Shown piece by piece: positions 6,835-16,213 of a stretch of 39,180 nt of DNA. Both the position numbers and the translations under genes were made by a program. The notes beneath the pieces are model-generated. The model had not been told where the DNA came from. It was given only the letters and a program-made list of their open reading frames with translations, and did no database searches. How positions within the stretch are numbered: position 1 is the first letter of the stretch; the number at the start of each line of letters is the position of its first letter. The DNA comes from Patescibacteria group bacterium (GTDB lineage Bacteria > Patescibacteriota > Microgenomatia > UBA12405 > JAHJSD01), in the NCBI GenBank assembly GCA_018830585.1, contig JAHJSD010000078.1, forward strand, positions 1 through 39,180, read 5' to 3'.

Positions 6835-7202
6835 TGTTTAATAAACTTTTTGGTAATTGCTTATTGGTAAATGATTTTGAAAAATCTCTAGCTTTCTATC
6901 GTGATGTTTTGGGTTTGACGATAAACAGCCAAGACGGTAAGTTTGCCGATTTCAAGCTAAAAGGGACCTCTTTGGCAATCTTTGAAAAGGAAGCTGCCAT
7001 AGCGATGTTCCCCAAAGAACATATGGGTTCTGGCGGAGGTGTAATCCTAGCCTTCCAAGTAGATAATGTAAATAAAATCTGCGGGGAGCTAAAGGCTAAA
7101 GGTGTAGAGGCGTTTGAGGGACCCAAGACAACCGATTGGGGTCAAACAGTCGCTTATTTCAAAGATCCCGATGGAAACATCTGGGAAATATCCAAGAAAT
7201 AA
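6834..7202 (+). CDS. VOC (glyoxalase/bleomycin-resistance/dioxygenase) family protein
   Basis: FYRDVLGL...FQVDNV...AYFKDPDGNIWEI is the typical VOC beta-alpha-beta-beta-beta signature. The ATG at 6834 is coupled to the upstream stop. Confidence 0.8.
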   Translation: MFNKLFGNCLLVNDFEKSLAFYRDVLGLTINSQDGKFADFKLKGTSLAIFEKEAAIAMFPKEHMGSGGGVILAFQVDNVNKICGELKAKGVEAFEGPKTTDWGQTVAYFKDPDGNIWEISKK

Positions 7203-7205
7203 AAT

Positions 7206-8189
7206 ATGAAGGGGACAATTTTAAGATTAAAAAACCAAGCCGGGTTGATTCTAATTCCTATTGCTCCTTTTTCTTTTGACCCATCAATGCACAAACCAGA
7301 CCATTTTCCTTCTCAAGATACAAAATGGGAGCAAGGAATCCGTTGGCAAACAATGCTTTGGCAAGGAAAACCTTTAGGATTAAAGTTTGAAAATATAGGA
7401 ACAATTGGCAAACCAAAAATTAAGTTGAATGTTTTCTCTGAGGACAAATTAGAGAAGAAATATCTTGAGGGATTAAAAGAGGAGATAAATTATCGCTACG
7501 ATTTTAATACCGATTTAACAGAGTTCAACCAAAAGTTTAGAGATGACAAACAATTAGGTCCAATTATTAAAAAATGGCCAGGGATGAGAATAATGAGTCC
7601 ACAATCTTTATATGAATACTTGGTAATCGGAATTATGCTTCAAAACTGCACTGTTGGCCGTTCTGTCAATATGATGCAGATTTTATTTGAAAAATACGGC
7701 AAGGAAGTGAAATTTGACGGAAATAAATTCTTTTGCTTTTGGGAAGCAAAAATTCTTCTTAGAACAACTGAGGAACAACTTAGAGCTTTGAAAGTTGGTT
7801 ATCGGGCAAAATCGCTTTTAAGAATTACAGAACCCTTTGCAAAAGGCGAAATAAACGAAATTAGCCTAAGAAAGAAAGATGAAGAAGAACAAAGAGAGAC
7901 ATTGATTAGTCTTTACGGAGTTGGGCCGGCAACTGTTGGTTATATTCTTTTTGATGTCTTTAAGCACTATGCTGAATTAAGACACATTTCCCCCTGGGAG
8001 CAAAAGATTTACTCAAAATTGTTTTTCGATAAAGATCCTGAAAACCCCGTCCCTGTTAAAAAACTCTTGAAACATTTTGAAAAGTACGGCAACTATAAGC
8101 AACTTGCCGTCCACTACATCTGGGAAGATTTGTGGTGGAAACGCAAGAATGAACATATTCCTTGGCTGGAGAAGTTAATAAGAGTTTAA
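7206..8189 (+). CDS. HhH-GPD superfamily DNA glycosylase (AlkA/Ogg-like)
   Basis: Helix-hairpin-helix LISLYGVGPATVGYILFDVF with a downstream acidic residue. 327 aa. Confidence 0.7.
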   Translation: MKGTILRLKNQAGLILIPIAPFSFDPSMHKPDHFPSQDTKWEQGIRWQTMLWQGKPLGLKFENIGTIGKPKIKLNVFSEDKLEKKYLEGLKEEINYRYDFNTDLTEFNQKFRDDKQLGPIIKKWPGMRIMSPQSLYEYLVIGIMLQNCTVGRSVNMMQILFEKYGKEVKFDGNKFFCFWEAKILLRTTEEQLRALKVGYRAKSLLRITEPFAKGEINEISLRKKDEEEQRETLISLYGVGPATVGYILFDVFKHYAELRHISPWEQKIYSKLFFDKDPENPVPVKKLLKHFEKYGNYKQLAVHYIWEDLWWKRKNEHIPWLEKLIRV

Positions 8190-8193
8190 TTTT

Positions 8194-8832
8194 ATGAGCA
8201 ATATAATCTATCAGCTTTATCAAGAGCTTTATAAAAAACACGGCGACCCGGTGAAACTTTGGCCTCAGTGGTGTGCCAAAAAGAAGAGTAAGAAATTGAG
8301 AGATTTGATTGCTATCGGAGCTATCTTAACCCAAAGAACTAGCTGGCGAAATGCGGATATAGCCTTAAATAATCTTAAACGAGAGAGTTTGCTTTCACTA
8401 AAGGCGATCGCAGAGCTTAATTCCCCTGATAAGTTAACAGAGCCAATCAGGCCTGCTGGTTTTTATCAAACCAAGCCTAAACGGCTTTTGGGTCTTGCTT
8501 CTTTTGTAATTAAAGAATACGGAGGTTTAGAAAATTTTATGAGAGAGGACTTAAAATCAGCAAGAGAAAAACTGCTTGGTCTTTATGGAGTCGGACCGGA
8601 AACTGCTGATGTTATTCTTCTGTACGCCTTAGATAAACCGAGTTTTGTTATCGATGAATATACAAAGCGACTAGTTGTCAAAAGAAAATTAGCCGAAAAG
8701 CCGGAATACAATTTCCTAAAACAGCTTTTTGAAGAAAGCCTACCCCGGGATGTAAAGATTTATCAGAACTACCATGCCTTAATTATCGTAGAACAAAGAG
8801 GAAAGAAAGCCTCTATAATGAGAGTTGTCTAG
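8194..8832 (+). CDS. endonuclease III-like HhH-GPD protein without a C-terminal Fe-S Cys cluster
   Basis: LLGLYGVGPETADVILLYALDKPSFVIDEYTKRL matches the EndoIII HhH plus the catalytic-Asp region. No Cx6Cx2Cx5C motif at the C-terminus. Confidence 0.7.
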   Translation: MSNIIYQLYQELYKKHGDPVKLWPQWCAKKKSKKLRDLIAIGAILTQRTSWRNADIALNNLKRESLLSLKAIAELNSPDKLTEPIRPAGFYQTKPKRLLGLASFVIKEYGGLENFMREDLKSAREKLLGLYGVGPETADVILLYALDKPSFVIDEYTKRLVVKRKLAEKPEYNFLKQLFEESLPRDVKIYQNYHALIIVEQRGKKASIMRVV

Positions 8833-8838
8833 ATAAAA

Positions 8839-9531
8839 ATGACGAAATCAAAAGCCTGGAATTGGACAGTTGCATCTGCTCCCTGGTGGGAAGAACCGGC
8901 GTCTGAAATTTACCCTCTACTTACAAGGTGGCAAAAGCAGGGATTTAACAAGCTTTTGGATTTAGGTTGTGGTATAGGAAGACACGCAGTATTATTCGCC
9001 AAAAATGGTTTTAAAGTAGACGCCAGCGACCTTTCTCAAGATGGTATCAGAAAACTAAATAACGTTGTTAAACAGAAAAGTCTGGAGATAACTACAAAAG
9101 TTGCAGACATGTTGTCCCTTCCCTACGAAGACAAATCTTTTGATTGTCTAATTGCTTTCCATGCTGTCTACCACACTAATGACACAGGAATTGGAAAAAC
9201 CATAAGCGAAATAAAAAGAGTATTAAAAAGAGAGGGTGAGGCCTTTGTTACTTTTAACTCCCAAAACAGTTCGGATTATAAAGACCGGGATAATAAGCAT
9301 CTAACAAAAAACACGATAGTCAAAAGTAAGGGTCATGAGGCTGGGATACCACACTATTATGCCAGCAAAGACGATATTGAAAAGTTGCTAGCAGGCTTTG
9401 AAATCATTGAATTTTCTTATAAAGAAGAATACTACTCTGATTATACAGGCGCTCATTATTTTGTTTTAATTAAAAATTCTAAACAACAGGTTGAACCTGA
9501 AGCCTTTTTATTTCCTCCCACTTCACTTTAA
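8839..9531 (+). CDS. class I SAM-dependent methyltransferase
   Basis: Motif I LLDLGCGIGRH, an acidic residue after beta-2 (VDASD), and motif LIAFHAVYH. Confidence 0.8.
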   Translation: MTKSKAWNWTVASAPWWEEPASEIYPLLTRWQKQGFNKLLDLGCGIGRHAVLFAKNGFKVDASDLSQDGIRKLNNVVKQKSLEITTKVADMLSLPYEDKSFDCLIAFHAVYHTNDTGIGKTISEIKRVLKREGEAFVTFNSQNSSDYKDRDNKHLTKNTIVKSKGHEAGIPHYYASKDDIEKLLAGFEIIEFSYKEEYYSDYTGAHYFVLIKNSKQQVEPEAFLFPPTSL

Positions 9532-9572
9532 TCCGCCTTCGCGAAAATCCCGAAGGGATCCCTTTGGGATTA
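9532..9572. repeat. palindromic module TCCGCCTTCGCGAAAATCCCGAAGGGATCCCTTTGGGAT
   Basis: Near-identical copies at 20856-20892 and 32467-32507. Two of the three sit immediately after a stop codon (9531, 32466). Confidence 0.75.
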
Positions 9573-9592
9573 ACCCCCTGGAAGTTTATTGA

Positions 9593-9620
9593 TGAGAAAA
9601 CCCTTTAAGCGTTTTCTCAG
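9593..9620 (+). promoter_or_regulatory. inverted repeat TGAGAAAAC-N9-GTTTTCTCA containing the TTCTCAG half-site
   Basis: 9-bp arms at 9593-9601 and 9611-9619. The right arm extends to TTCTCAG (9614-9620), the heptamer repeated at 732-749 and 10221-10238. Could equally be a terminator-like hairpin for the upstream block. Confidence 0.3.
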
Positions 9621-9680
9621 TCGTAATTAGTAAATTCTAATAGTTAAGGATTCTCGTTTGAAAAGAAGGAGGTGAGTAAA

Positions 9681-10319
9681 TTGAAAACAAGAGCGATTTT
9701 AATTTCAATGGTTTTTTTGGGTGTTCTTTCTTTGGTCGGGGCTCTTGGGATCGGTTCTGTCAAAGCTCAGGGAGGTCTTGGCTACTCCAACATTATTCAG
9801 AAGTTAGTTGACCGCTTTGGTTTAAAAACCGAAGAGGTTCAGCAAGTTTTCGATCAAGAAAGGACCGAACGGCAAGGGCAAATACAGCTTAGGTTCCAGG
9901 AACGTTTAGACCAAGCAGTCAAAGACGGAAAGATCACTGAAGAACAGAAACGGGCGATCTTAGACAAGAAAGCGGAAATGCAGGCTGATTGCCAAAATTC
10001 CCAAGGATTAAACCCTGATGAACGGCGAACCAATATGGAAACCCACCGGCGGAAGATGCAAGCCTGGGTGGAGGAGAGCGGGATTGACCCGACCCTTTCC
10101 CCGGTTTTTTGGGTAAAGGACGTGGAGGTGGGTTTAGAGGGTTTGGCTTTGAGAAATAAACCAGAGCTAAAACCCACAGTTCAGGTTAGCACCCCCTATT
10201 TAAAAAATAGGGGGTGCTTTTTCTCAGTATTTTCTCAGATTTTATTTATAGAATTGCAGCATGGCGAAGAAAGAAAATTTATCCAAATCCAGAAAAGATC
10301 GGTTTATAAGTATCATTAG
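9681..10319 (+). CDS. secreted coiled-coil-rich protein, 3' end apparently frameshifted
   Basis: SD AAGGAGG (9665-9671) favours TTG 9681 (MKTRAILISMVFLGVLSL signal peptide) over the track GTG 9672. After about 10100 another frame reads GFLGKGRGGGFRGFGFEK-stop (stop 10157-10159) ahead of a terminator. The annotated frame instead reads through that terminator to 10319. Confidence 0.5.
   Translation: MKTRAILISMVFLGVLSLVGALGIGSVKAQGGLGYSNIIQKLVDRFGLKTEEVQQVFDQERTERQGQIQLRFQERLDQAVKDGKITEEQKRAILDKKAEMQADCQNSQGLNPDERRTNMETHRRKMQAWVEESGIDPTLSPVFWVKDVEVGLEGLALRNKPELKPTVQVSTPYLKNRGCFFSVFSQILFIELQHGEERKFIQIQKRSVYKYH
10188..10223 (+). terminator. intrinsic terminator
   Basis: AGCACCCCCTA (10188-10198) / TAGGGGGTGCT (10208-10218), a perfect 11-bp stem followed by TTTTT. 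Confidence 0.8.
10221..10251 (+). promoter_or_regulatory. direct repeat TTCTCAG-N4-TTCTCAG (10221-10227, 10232-10238) plus AT-rich -10-like TATAGA
   Basis: Same heptamers, same 11-bp phasing and same downstream TTTNATTTATA context as at 732-763. Located 10-40 nt upstream of the exporter operon ATG 10261. Confidence 0.5.
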
Positions 10320-11622
10320 GGGTTTACTAAACAGCCGTAAGAAGATTGCTGTTTTCCTGATGATCCTGTCGATTGTGGGTTTTGCCGGATGGAAAATTTT
10401 AGGTAATAAAAAACAAGAGTTGCAGTACCAAATGGCCAAGGTAGAAAAAGGAACGCTTGTTGTTTCAATATCAGCCTCAGGAACAATCTCGTCCGCAAAT
10501 AGTGTAGGTGTAACAACCAAAGCTGGCGGCACCGTAACTCAAGTGTATGTTAAAGATGGAGACACTGTTGTCAAAGGTCAAAAATTAGCGGAAATCAATT
10601 TAGATGACGAAGCAAAAGAGAGGCAAGCGGCAAGTTGGGTAAGTTATCTTAACGCTCTAGAGGGTGTTAAAACCGCGGAGGCGGGAAAAATAACCGCTGA
10701 CATTGGGATGTGGGAGGAGCGACAGGCGATCTTTGATGCCATAGATGATATTGATTACAAAAACAATAACAGTATAAATCCCGACACGAAAAAGGAATAC
10801 ACAGATTCGGAGAGAATGATAATCGACAAAACCTTGGAAGAAGCCCAAAAGACTTTTGTAGCTTTGGAACTTAAATACAAAAATGCGGATGCTGATATAG
10901 CTTACGCCAAAGCAAAAGTAGCATCTTCATTGAGTTCTTATCAACAATTATCATCCACAATTACCGCCCCCGCCTCCGGAAAATTAACTAACTTTAGCCT
11001 TTCACCAGGGGTTTATATACAATCCTCTTCGACCACAAGCAATGAGACTGGAGCGGTAACAATATCTTCACAAAAAATCGGAGTGATTAAAAGTCCTGAA
11101 GGCAGACTCCAAGCCACCGTTAACTTATCAGAAATAGACATTATCAAAGTCGAGCCTGGCCAAAAATCGACTTTAACGATTGATGCCTATCCCGATAAAA
11201 CATTCACAGGCTCGGTACTTTCAGTAGATACCAGCGGCAAAATTAGCTCGGGTGTTACTACATACACAATTATTGTCTTGTTAGACTCAACTATCATAGA
11301 CATCTACCCGAATATGGCGGTGAACGCAAATATCATTCTCGATTCAAAAAGCGATATTTTATTAGTCCCCGTGAACGCAGTTCAGTCACAGAACGGACAA
11401 GCAACAGTTCGTGTCATGCAAAATGGACAAGTGAAAAACATTCCGGTCGAGACAGGGCTTTTTTCGGACACCCAGACGGAAATTATCTCTGGAATATCCG
11501 AAGGAGACGAGATAATTACTAACATTATTACCCCAACTGTTCCAAGTAATGGCTCGCAAACAAGAGACACTTCGCCATTTGGAGGGGCTGGTGCGGGCGG
11601 TATGATGAGGATGGTCCGTTAG
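10261..11622 (+). CDS. HlyD/MacA-type periplasmic adaptor (membrane fusion protein)
   Basis: N-terminal TM (IAVFLMILSIVGFAGW), lipoyl-like GTVTQVYVKDGDTVVKGQKLAEI, a long coiled-coil middle and a C-terminal beta-barrel. Operon context with a MacB-type ABC pair. Confidence 0.8.
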   Translation: MAKKENLSKSRKDRFISIIRGLLNSRKKIAVFLMILSIVGFAGWKILGNKKQELQYQMAKVEKGTLVVSISASGTISSANSVGVTTKAGGTVTQVYVKDGDTVVKGQKLAEINLDDEAKERQAASWVSYLNALEGVKTAEAGKITADIGMWEERQAIFDAIDDIDYKNNNSINPDTKKEYTDSERMIIDKTLEEAQKTFVALELKYKNADADIAYAKAKVASSLSSYQQLSSTITAPASGKLTNFSLSPGVYIQSSSTTSNETGAVTISSQKIGVIKSPEGRLQATVNLSEIDIIKVEPGQKSTLTIDAYPDKTFTGSVLSVDTSGKISSGVTTYTIIVLLDSTIIDIYPNMAVNANIILDSKSDILLVPVNAVQSQNGQATVRVMQNGQVKNIPVETGLFSDTQTEIISGISEGDEIITNIITPTVPSNGSQTRDTSPFGGAGAGGMMRMVR

Positions 11623-11638
11623 CAAGCTTAAAGAAAAT

Positions 11639-12346
11639 ATGATGATTAAGGTTTCTCACATCTCCAAAATATACAAAACAGGAGAGGTAGAAGTTAAAGC
11701 CTTGGATAATGTGTCTTTTGAGGTCAAAAAAGGTGAGTTTCTGGCTATCATGGGTCCCTCCGGTTCAGGTAAATCCACGCTAATGCATCTTTTGGGAGCG
11801 CTTGATAAACCCACGAAGGGTAACTATTTTTTGGATGGGGAAAATGTGGGTAAGCTTGATGATGACGAACTGGCTGAGATTAGAAATAAAAAGATTGGTT
11901 TCGTTTTTCAGGCATACAATTTATTGCCCCGAACCACAGCTTTGAAAAATGTCATGGTGCCGATGATTTACGGAGATGTTTCAAAGGAAGAAAGGACTAA
12001 AAAAGCTAAAAAGTATCTTCAGATGGTAGGTTTAGGAGATAGGCTTTATCACAGTTCCAGCCAATTGTCGGGAGGAGAGCAGCAAAGAGTGGCCATTGCT
12101 CGAGCGCTTGCTATGAACCCGAGCATTATTCTGGCTGACGAGCCAACAGGCAATATTGACACTAAACAAGCCGAGGAAATTATGGAAATTTTCCAAGACT
12201 TAAATAAACAAGGACACACAATAGTGATGATTACTCATGAAAAAGAGATTGCTGAATATGCCAAACGAACAATCCACCTAAGAGATGGATGGATAGCTGA
12301 AGACAATAAAAACAATAAAAACCAAAAACAAAAAACTAAAAGTTAA
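11639..12346 (+). CDS. ABC transporter ATP-binding protein (MacB/LolD/FtsE-like)
   Basis: Walker [10 protein letters not shown], signature [15 protein letters not shown], Walker [13 protein letters not shown]-loop MITHE. Confidence 0.95.
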   Translation: MMIKVSHISKIYKTGEVEVKALDNVSFEVKKGEFLAIMGPSGSGKSTLMHLLGALDKPTKGNYFLDGENVGKLDDDELAEIRNKKIGFVFQAYNLLPRTTALKNVMVPMIYGDVSKEERTKKAKKYLQMVGLGDRLYHSSSQLSGGEQQRVAIARALAMNPSIILADEPTGNIDTKQAEEIMEIFQDLNKQGHTIVMITHEKEIAEYAKRTIHLRDGWIAEDNKNNKNQKQKTKS

Positions 12347-12392
12347 AAACACAAACTTAAATACTTTAAAATTTTTACATTTTTAATATAAA

Positions 12393-12508
12393 CCCGTTTC
12401 AAAAGTGATCGCGAACGAGTGAAACGAGTGTGGCGATCTTGTTTTTAAAGCCAGATTGCCGCGTCGTTAACACTCCTCGCAATGACGTAAAGAGTTTTGA
12501 AACCAGTG
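12393..12508. mobile_element. 116-bp foldback MITE-like element, copy 2 (inverted relative to copy 1)
   Basis: 3 mismatches to copy 3. Lies between the ABC ATPase and permease genes. Confidence 0.8.
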
Positions 12509-12554
12509 GTATGCGTCTTTGATATTTGGTATTTAATTTTTAATTTTAATTATT

Positions 12555-13778
12555 GTGGATTATCAAGAATTAGCAATAGAAAGTTTTAGCACTCTTACCT
12601 TGAATAAAGTCAGAACTGGTCTGGCTGTGTTGGGGGTGGTGATTGGCATTGGCAGTGTGATCGCTTTGGTTTCCTTGGGTCAGGCAAGTCAGCGTTCAAT
12701 TGAAGAGCAGATAAAAATTTTGGGTTCAAACTTGTTGACGGTGTCGCCGGGAGCCCAAAGAAGCGGTGGAGTTCGTGGAGCCGCAGGCGGGGGTCAAACT
12801 TTGACTTATGACGATGCTAAAGCGATCATCACTTCTCCACAGATTATCACTGTTAAAAAGGTTTCACCCGAATATTCCGGCCGGGAGCAAATAGTGGCCG
12901 GGCGCAATAATACTAACACTCAAGTGGTGGGGGTAACCCCGGAATATACAGAGGTGAGAAACGTAGGCGTGTCGTCGGGCTTTTTTATTAGCCAGCAAAA
13001 TCTAGACGGCATGTCCAAGGTGGCGGTATTGGGACCTCAAACTGCGGCAGATTTATTTGGAGAGGGAGTTGACCCGGTTGGCAAAGACATAAGAATAAAA
13101 GGGTTGACTTTTAGAGTGGTGGGGGTAACAGCCAGTAAGGGCGGAAGCGGTTTTATGAATCTGGACGACAGAGTATATGTACCTTTGACAACAGCTCAAA
13201 AACAATTATTCGGCGTTGATTATTTAAGCTCGATTTCTATTGAAGTCGTCAATCAAGATGTTATGGTTGAGGCTCAAAACCAAGTGGGCTACTTATTGCT
13301 TGACAGGCATAAATTGAATGACCCGGCGCAAGCAGATTTTTCGATTATGTCCCAAGCAGATATTATAGGAACTGCCACTGAGGTAACCGGCACCTTTACC
13401 ACTCTTTTGTCGGGAATTGCCGCTATTTCATTGATAGTTGGCGGCATTGGCATTATGAATATTATGTTGGTGACGGTGACGGAAAGAACCAGGGAAATTG
13501 GTTTAAGAAAAGCTTTGGGGGCCAAGAAAAAAATTGTTAATGCCCAGTTTTTACTGGAGGCGGTGATGGTAACTTTTGTCGGCGGATTGATTGGGGTAGT
13601 TTTAGGAGTGGCTGTGGCTTATGTGCTTTCCCGCTCTATGGGGTTGCCGTTTGCCCTTTCGCTATCGTCTATTCTCTTGGCTTTTGGGGTATCGGCGGCT
13701 ATTGGAGTCTTATTCGGCTGGTATCCGGCGCAAAAAGCGGCGAATCTACAGCCAATTGAGGCATTACGTTATGAATAA
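12555..13778 (+). CDS. ABC transporter permease, MacB/FtsX type
   Basis: TM1, then a ~230-aa extracytoplasmic domain, then an FtsX-type C-terminal three-TM bundle with TERTREIGLRKALGAKK. GTG start. Confidence 0.9.
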   Translation: MDYQELAIESFSTLTLNKVRTGLAVLGVVIGIGSVIALVSLGQASQRSIEEQIKILGSNLLTVSPGAQRSGGVRGAAGGGQTLTYDDAKAIITSPQIITVKKVSPEYSGREQIVAGRNNTNTQVVGVTPEYTEVRNVGVSSGFFISQQNLDGMSKVAVLGPQTAADLFGEGVDPVGKDIRIKGLTFRVVGVTASKGGSGFMNLDDRVYVPLTTAQKQLFGVDYLSSISIEVVNQDVMVEAQNQVGYLLLDRHKLNDPAQADFSIMSQADIIGTATEVTGTFTTLLSGIAAISLIVGGIGIMNIMLVTVTERTREIGLRKALGAKKKIVNAQFLLEAVMVTFVGGLIGVVLGVAVAYVLSRSMGLPFALSLSSILLAFGVSAAIGVLFGWYPAQKAANLQPIEALRYE

Positions 13779-13882
13779 AGTAGTCTAAAAACACCTGCGA
13801 GGTGGCAGAGTGGAACGAAGTGGAACATCTGACTCCTCGGAGGTGAATAGGGAGGAGGTGAAAAGTAAATTCGAAAATCAAA

Positions 13883-14287
13883 ATGAAAAATTCAAAAATA
13901 TTAATTATTTTGGGAGTTTTGCTTATTGCGGTTGGGGTTGGCTCTTTTTATGGCGGGATGAAATATCAGCAAGGTAAACAACCTTCAAGAGCTGATTTTC
14001 AGTCCAGAGCAGGGGCAAGACAGCAAAATTTACCAGCCGGGGTTCGGCAGCGAATGGGAACAGGATCAGTCAGGGGAGAAATAATCAGCCAAGACAAAAA
14101 AAGCATTACCGTTAAACTACCTGATGATAGTTCCCGGATAATTTTTGTTGGCGATTCTGTTCAGATTAACAAATCAGCTCCAGGTACCAAAGATGACCTG
14201 GTTGAAGGGGTACGAATATTTGTTACTGGCTCGGAAAATCCCGACGGCAGTATCACCGCCCGAAACATCCAAATAAACCCGGCATAG
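13883..14287 (+). CDS. membrane-anchored small protein (DUF5666-like beta domain, tentative)
   Basis: N-terminal TM ILIILGVLLIAVGVGSF, a Gln/Arg-rich linker, and a C-terminal GEIISQDKKSITVKL...ITARNIQINP. Confidence 0.55.
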   Translation: MKNSKILIILGVLLIAVGVGSFYGGMKYQQGKQPSRADFQSRAGARQQNLPAGVRQRMGTGSVRGEIISQDKKSITVKLPDDSSRIIFVGDSVQINKSAPGTKDDLVEGVRIFVTGSENPDGSITARNIQINPA

Positions 14288-14408
14288 AGAAACTTTCTTA
14301 AAAAATTCAATCTCTTTGCCCTGTTCGCTTTCTCTATAGTTGCTCAATTTTTTATCATAGCATTTAAATCGTTTTGACCTCTTCAAAGTTGTGTTATATT
14401 ATTTATCG

Positions 14409-15018
14409 ATGGATATCTTGATCGGTACCAAAAATCAATATAAGGCAACTGAGATGGTGTGTTTTTTGGGGAATTTTCCTGATGTTAAAATTCATTTTTG
14501 GAATGAATTCGGCTTGGAAATCAAAGTTGAAGAGGATCAAAAAACTCTCGAAAGGAACGCAGAAAAGAAAGCAATCGAAATATCCAAACTGACTGGTTGG
14601 TATGTTCTCGCTTCGGACGGAGGGGTAGATATCCCGGGATTAGGCAAAAAATGGGATATCTTAAGAAACCAAAGAATCGTAGGAGAGGATAAAACAGATT
14701 TGGAAAAGGCGGATAAGTTACTTAATCTTATGAGGGGTCTGAAAAGGGGAAAAAGGAAAGCTGTTTATCGCTTAGCATTGGCTTTAGCAAGATATCTGGT
14801 CTACCGAACAAATTAGTGACAAAGGATACATTGTGGAAGAACTTCCTGACCGAGTAATTCCGGAATATCGGTGGATGGGCCACATTTGGTACTATTCTCA
14901 ATACAAAAAGGTTTTTAACAAGCTCAGTGAGAAAGAAAAAGAGGGAGTTAGAAAACAAGGAGCCGGGATTAAAAAAAGTTTACGGAAAAAAATTAGAGAA
15001 ATTTTGGAATCAAGATAA
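14409..15018 (+). pseudogene. Ham1/RdgB-like non-canonical NTP pyrophosphatase, split by a +1 frameshift near 14788-14816
   Basis: ILIGTKNQYKATEM, ERNAEKKA, LASDGGVDIPGL and RKAVYRLALAL lie in frame 0 (track ORF 14391-14816). The continuation QDIWSTEQISDKGYIVEELPDRVIPEYRW... lies in the next frame (track ORF 14833-15018), which is open from 14788. Confidence 0.5.
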
Positions 15019-15024
15019 TAATAA

Positions 15025-15621
15025 TTACAACAAAGAAAGAATCTCTATTGCTTTATCTTCATAAATCGGTTCTTTTGTTTTTGGGTCTCGGTAACTATGA
15101 TCTGCGCCTTTGATTCCAAAATAAGAAATATTTCCTGAGGCGGCGTTTTTCAAATCTCGTTTTACTTTATCAATCCCTCCAAATTTGTCTTTCTCTCCTT
15201 GAATAATTGAGATATTCCCGTAAAATCTTTTCAAATCTATACTTCCAGTTACATATCCCAAAACGACTATTGAGTATTTGTTCCGCTTGTCTTTTGGCAA
15301 GTTCCTTAGAAAATAACTGGCAACAATTGCTCCAAGTGATTTTGCCACAAATCTTACGTGTCCATAATCGTTTGCTTTAACAAACTTCATCGCCTCACCA
15401 AGAACCGATAACTCTTCTTTGAGTCCAGGACCGGATGATTTTTCTTCTCCTCTGTCAAAATATGGAAAGTTAAGAGCTAAAACAGAATAGCCTTTATTTC
15501 TGCAGGATGCGATTACTTTTTCCAAAAAGGAAGAATTCATTCCGTAGGAGCCTCCTTGTAGCACCAAGTCCAATGTCTTTGATTTATTGTTGTGAAAGTA
15601 TTTAAAATTTGGCAAAGTCAT
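15025..15621 (-). CDS. alpha/beta hydrolase fold protein
   Basis: Nucleophile elbow AKSLGA, C-terminal GADHSY (His of the triad). 198 aa. Confidence 0.7.
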   Translation of the reverse strand: MTLPNFKYFHNNKSKTLDLVLQGGSYGMNSSFLEKVIASCRNKGYSVLALNFPYFDRGEEKSSGPGLKEELSVLGEAMKFVKANDYGHVRFVAKSLGAIVASYFLRNLPKDKRNKYSIVVLGYVTGSIDLKRFYGNISIIQGEKDKFGGIDKVKRDLKNAASGNISYFGIKGADHSYRDPKTKEPIYEDKAIEILSLL

Positions 15622-15774
15622 TAGATTTTATTTGGCCAAGATAATGGTTTTTATACGTGAACCAAGAAAACCATGGTCCCTTTGGGATCAGTTCGTGGGG
15701 CTCCATTAACAAGAGAGTTTACAGGATAATTTGGGCTTAGGCAATTGTGAGAAGCTATTTTTCAAAAGATGAAA

Positions 15775-15818
15775 TCCACCCCCGGGGTGTCTCAGGTATG
15801 ACACCCCGGGGGTGTTGG
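15775..15818. repeat. 44-bp palindrome-containing repeat TCCACCCCCGGGGTGTCT..ACACCCCGGGGGTGTTGG, left copy
   Basis: Direct counterpart at 17388-17430. Together they bracket the toxin-antitoxin pair and the largest repeat cluster. Confidence 0.7.
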
Positions 15819-15827
15819 TTATCGACA

Positions 15828-16208
15828 TTAAATAAGACCGGTCAATTTTTTGTCTAAAGAGTAAAGTTTAATGCCGGTTTTTTGGGATAGATATAAGTAG
15901 CAAGAGTCATAAACGGAAATATCAAATTTCAAAGAAGTTTTTACAAGTTCTTGCAGGTTAAAATCGTAGATGTAATCAATATTATCTATTTTTTGAAAAG
16001 ATTCGATCAAACTAATTAATTTAGACTTTGGTATTCTCTTTGAGGCGAAAGCATATCTTAGGGCATTAATCACTTCCAGACTAAAAATGAACGGCTCAAC
16101 CAACAACAGTTCGCCTTCAATAAATTTCCGGAGTGTTTTTTGACAGGACTCCTCATCTGGGAGCAAAAAAGACAAGAAAAAACTGGCGTCAAAAATAGCC
16201 TGCTCCAT
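15828..16208 (-). CDS. vapC: PIN-domain toxin (VapC-like)
   Basis: 126 aa. N-terminal acidic AIFDASFF, mid LVEP, C-terminal VYDSCYLYL. 5 nt downstream of an RHH antitoxin gene. Confidence 0.8.
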   Translation of the reverse strand: MEQAIFDASFFLSFLLPDEESCQKTLRKFIEGELLLVEPFIFSLEVINALRYAFASKRIPKSKLISLIESFQKIDNIDYIYDFNLQELVKTSLKFDISVYDSCYLYLSQKTGIKLYSLDKKLTGLI

Positions 16209-16213
16209 TGGAA

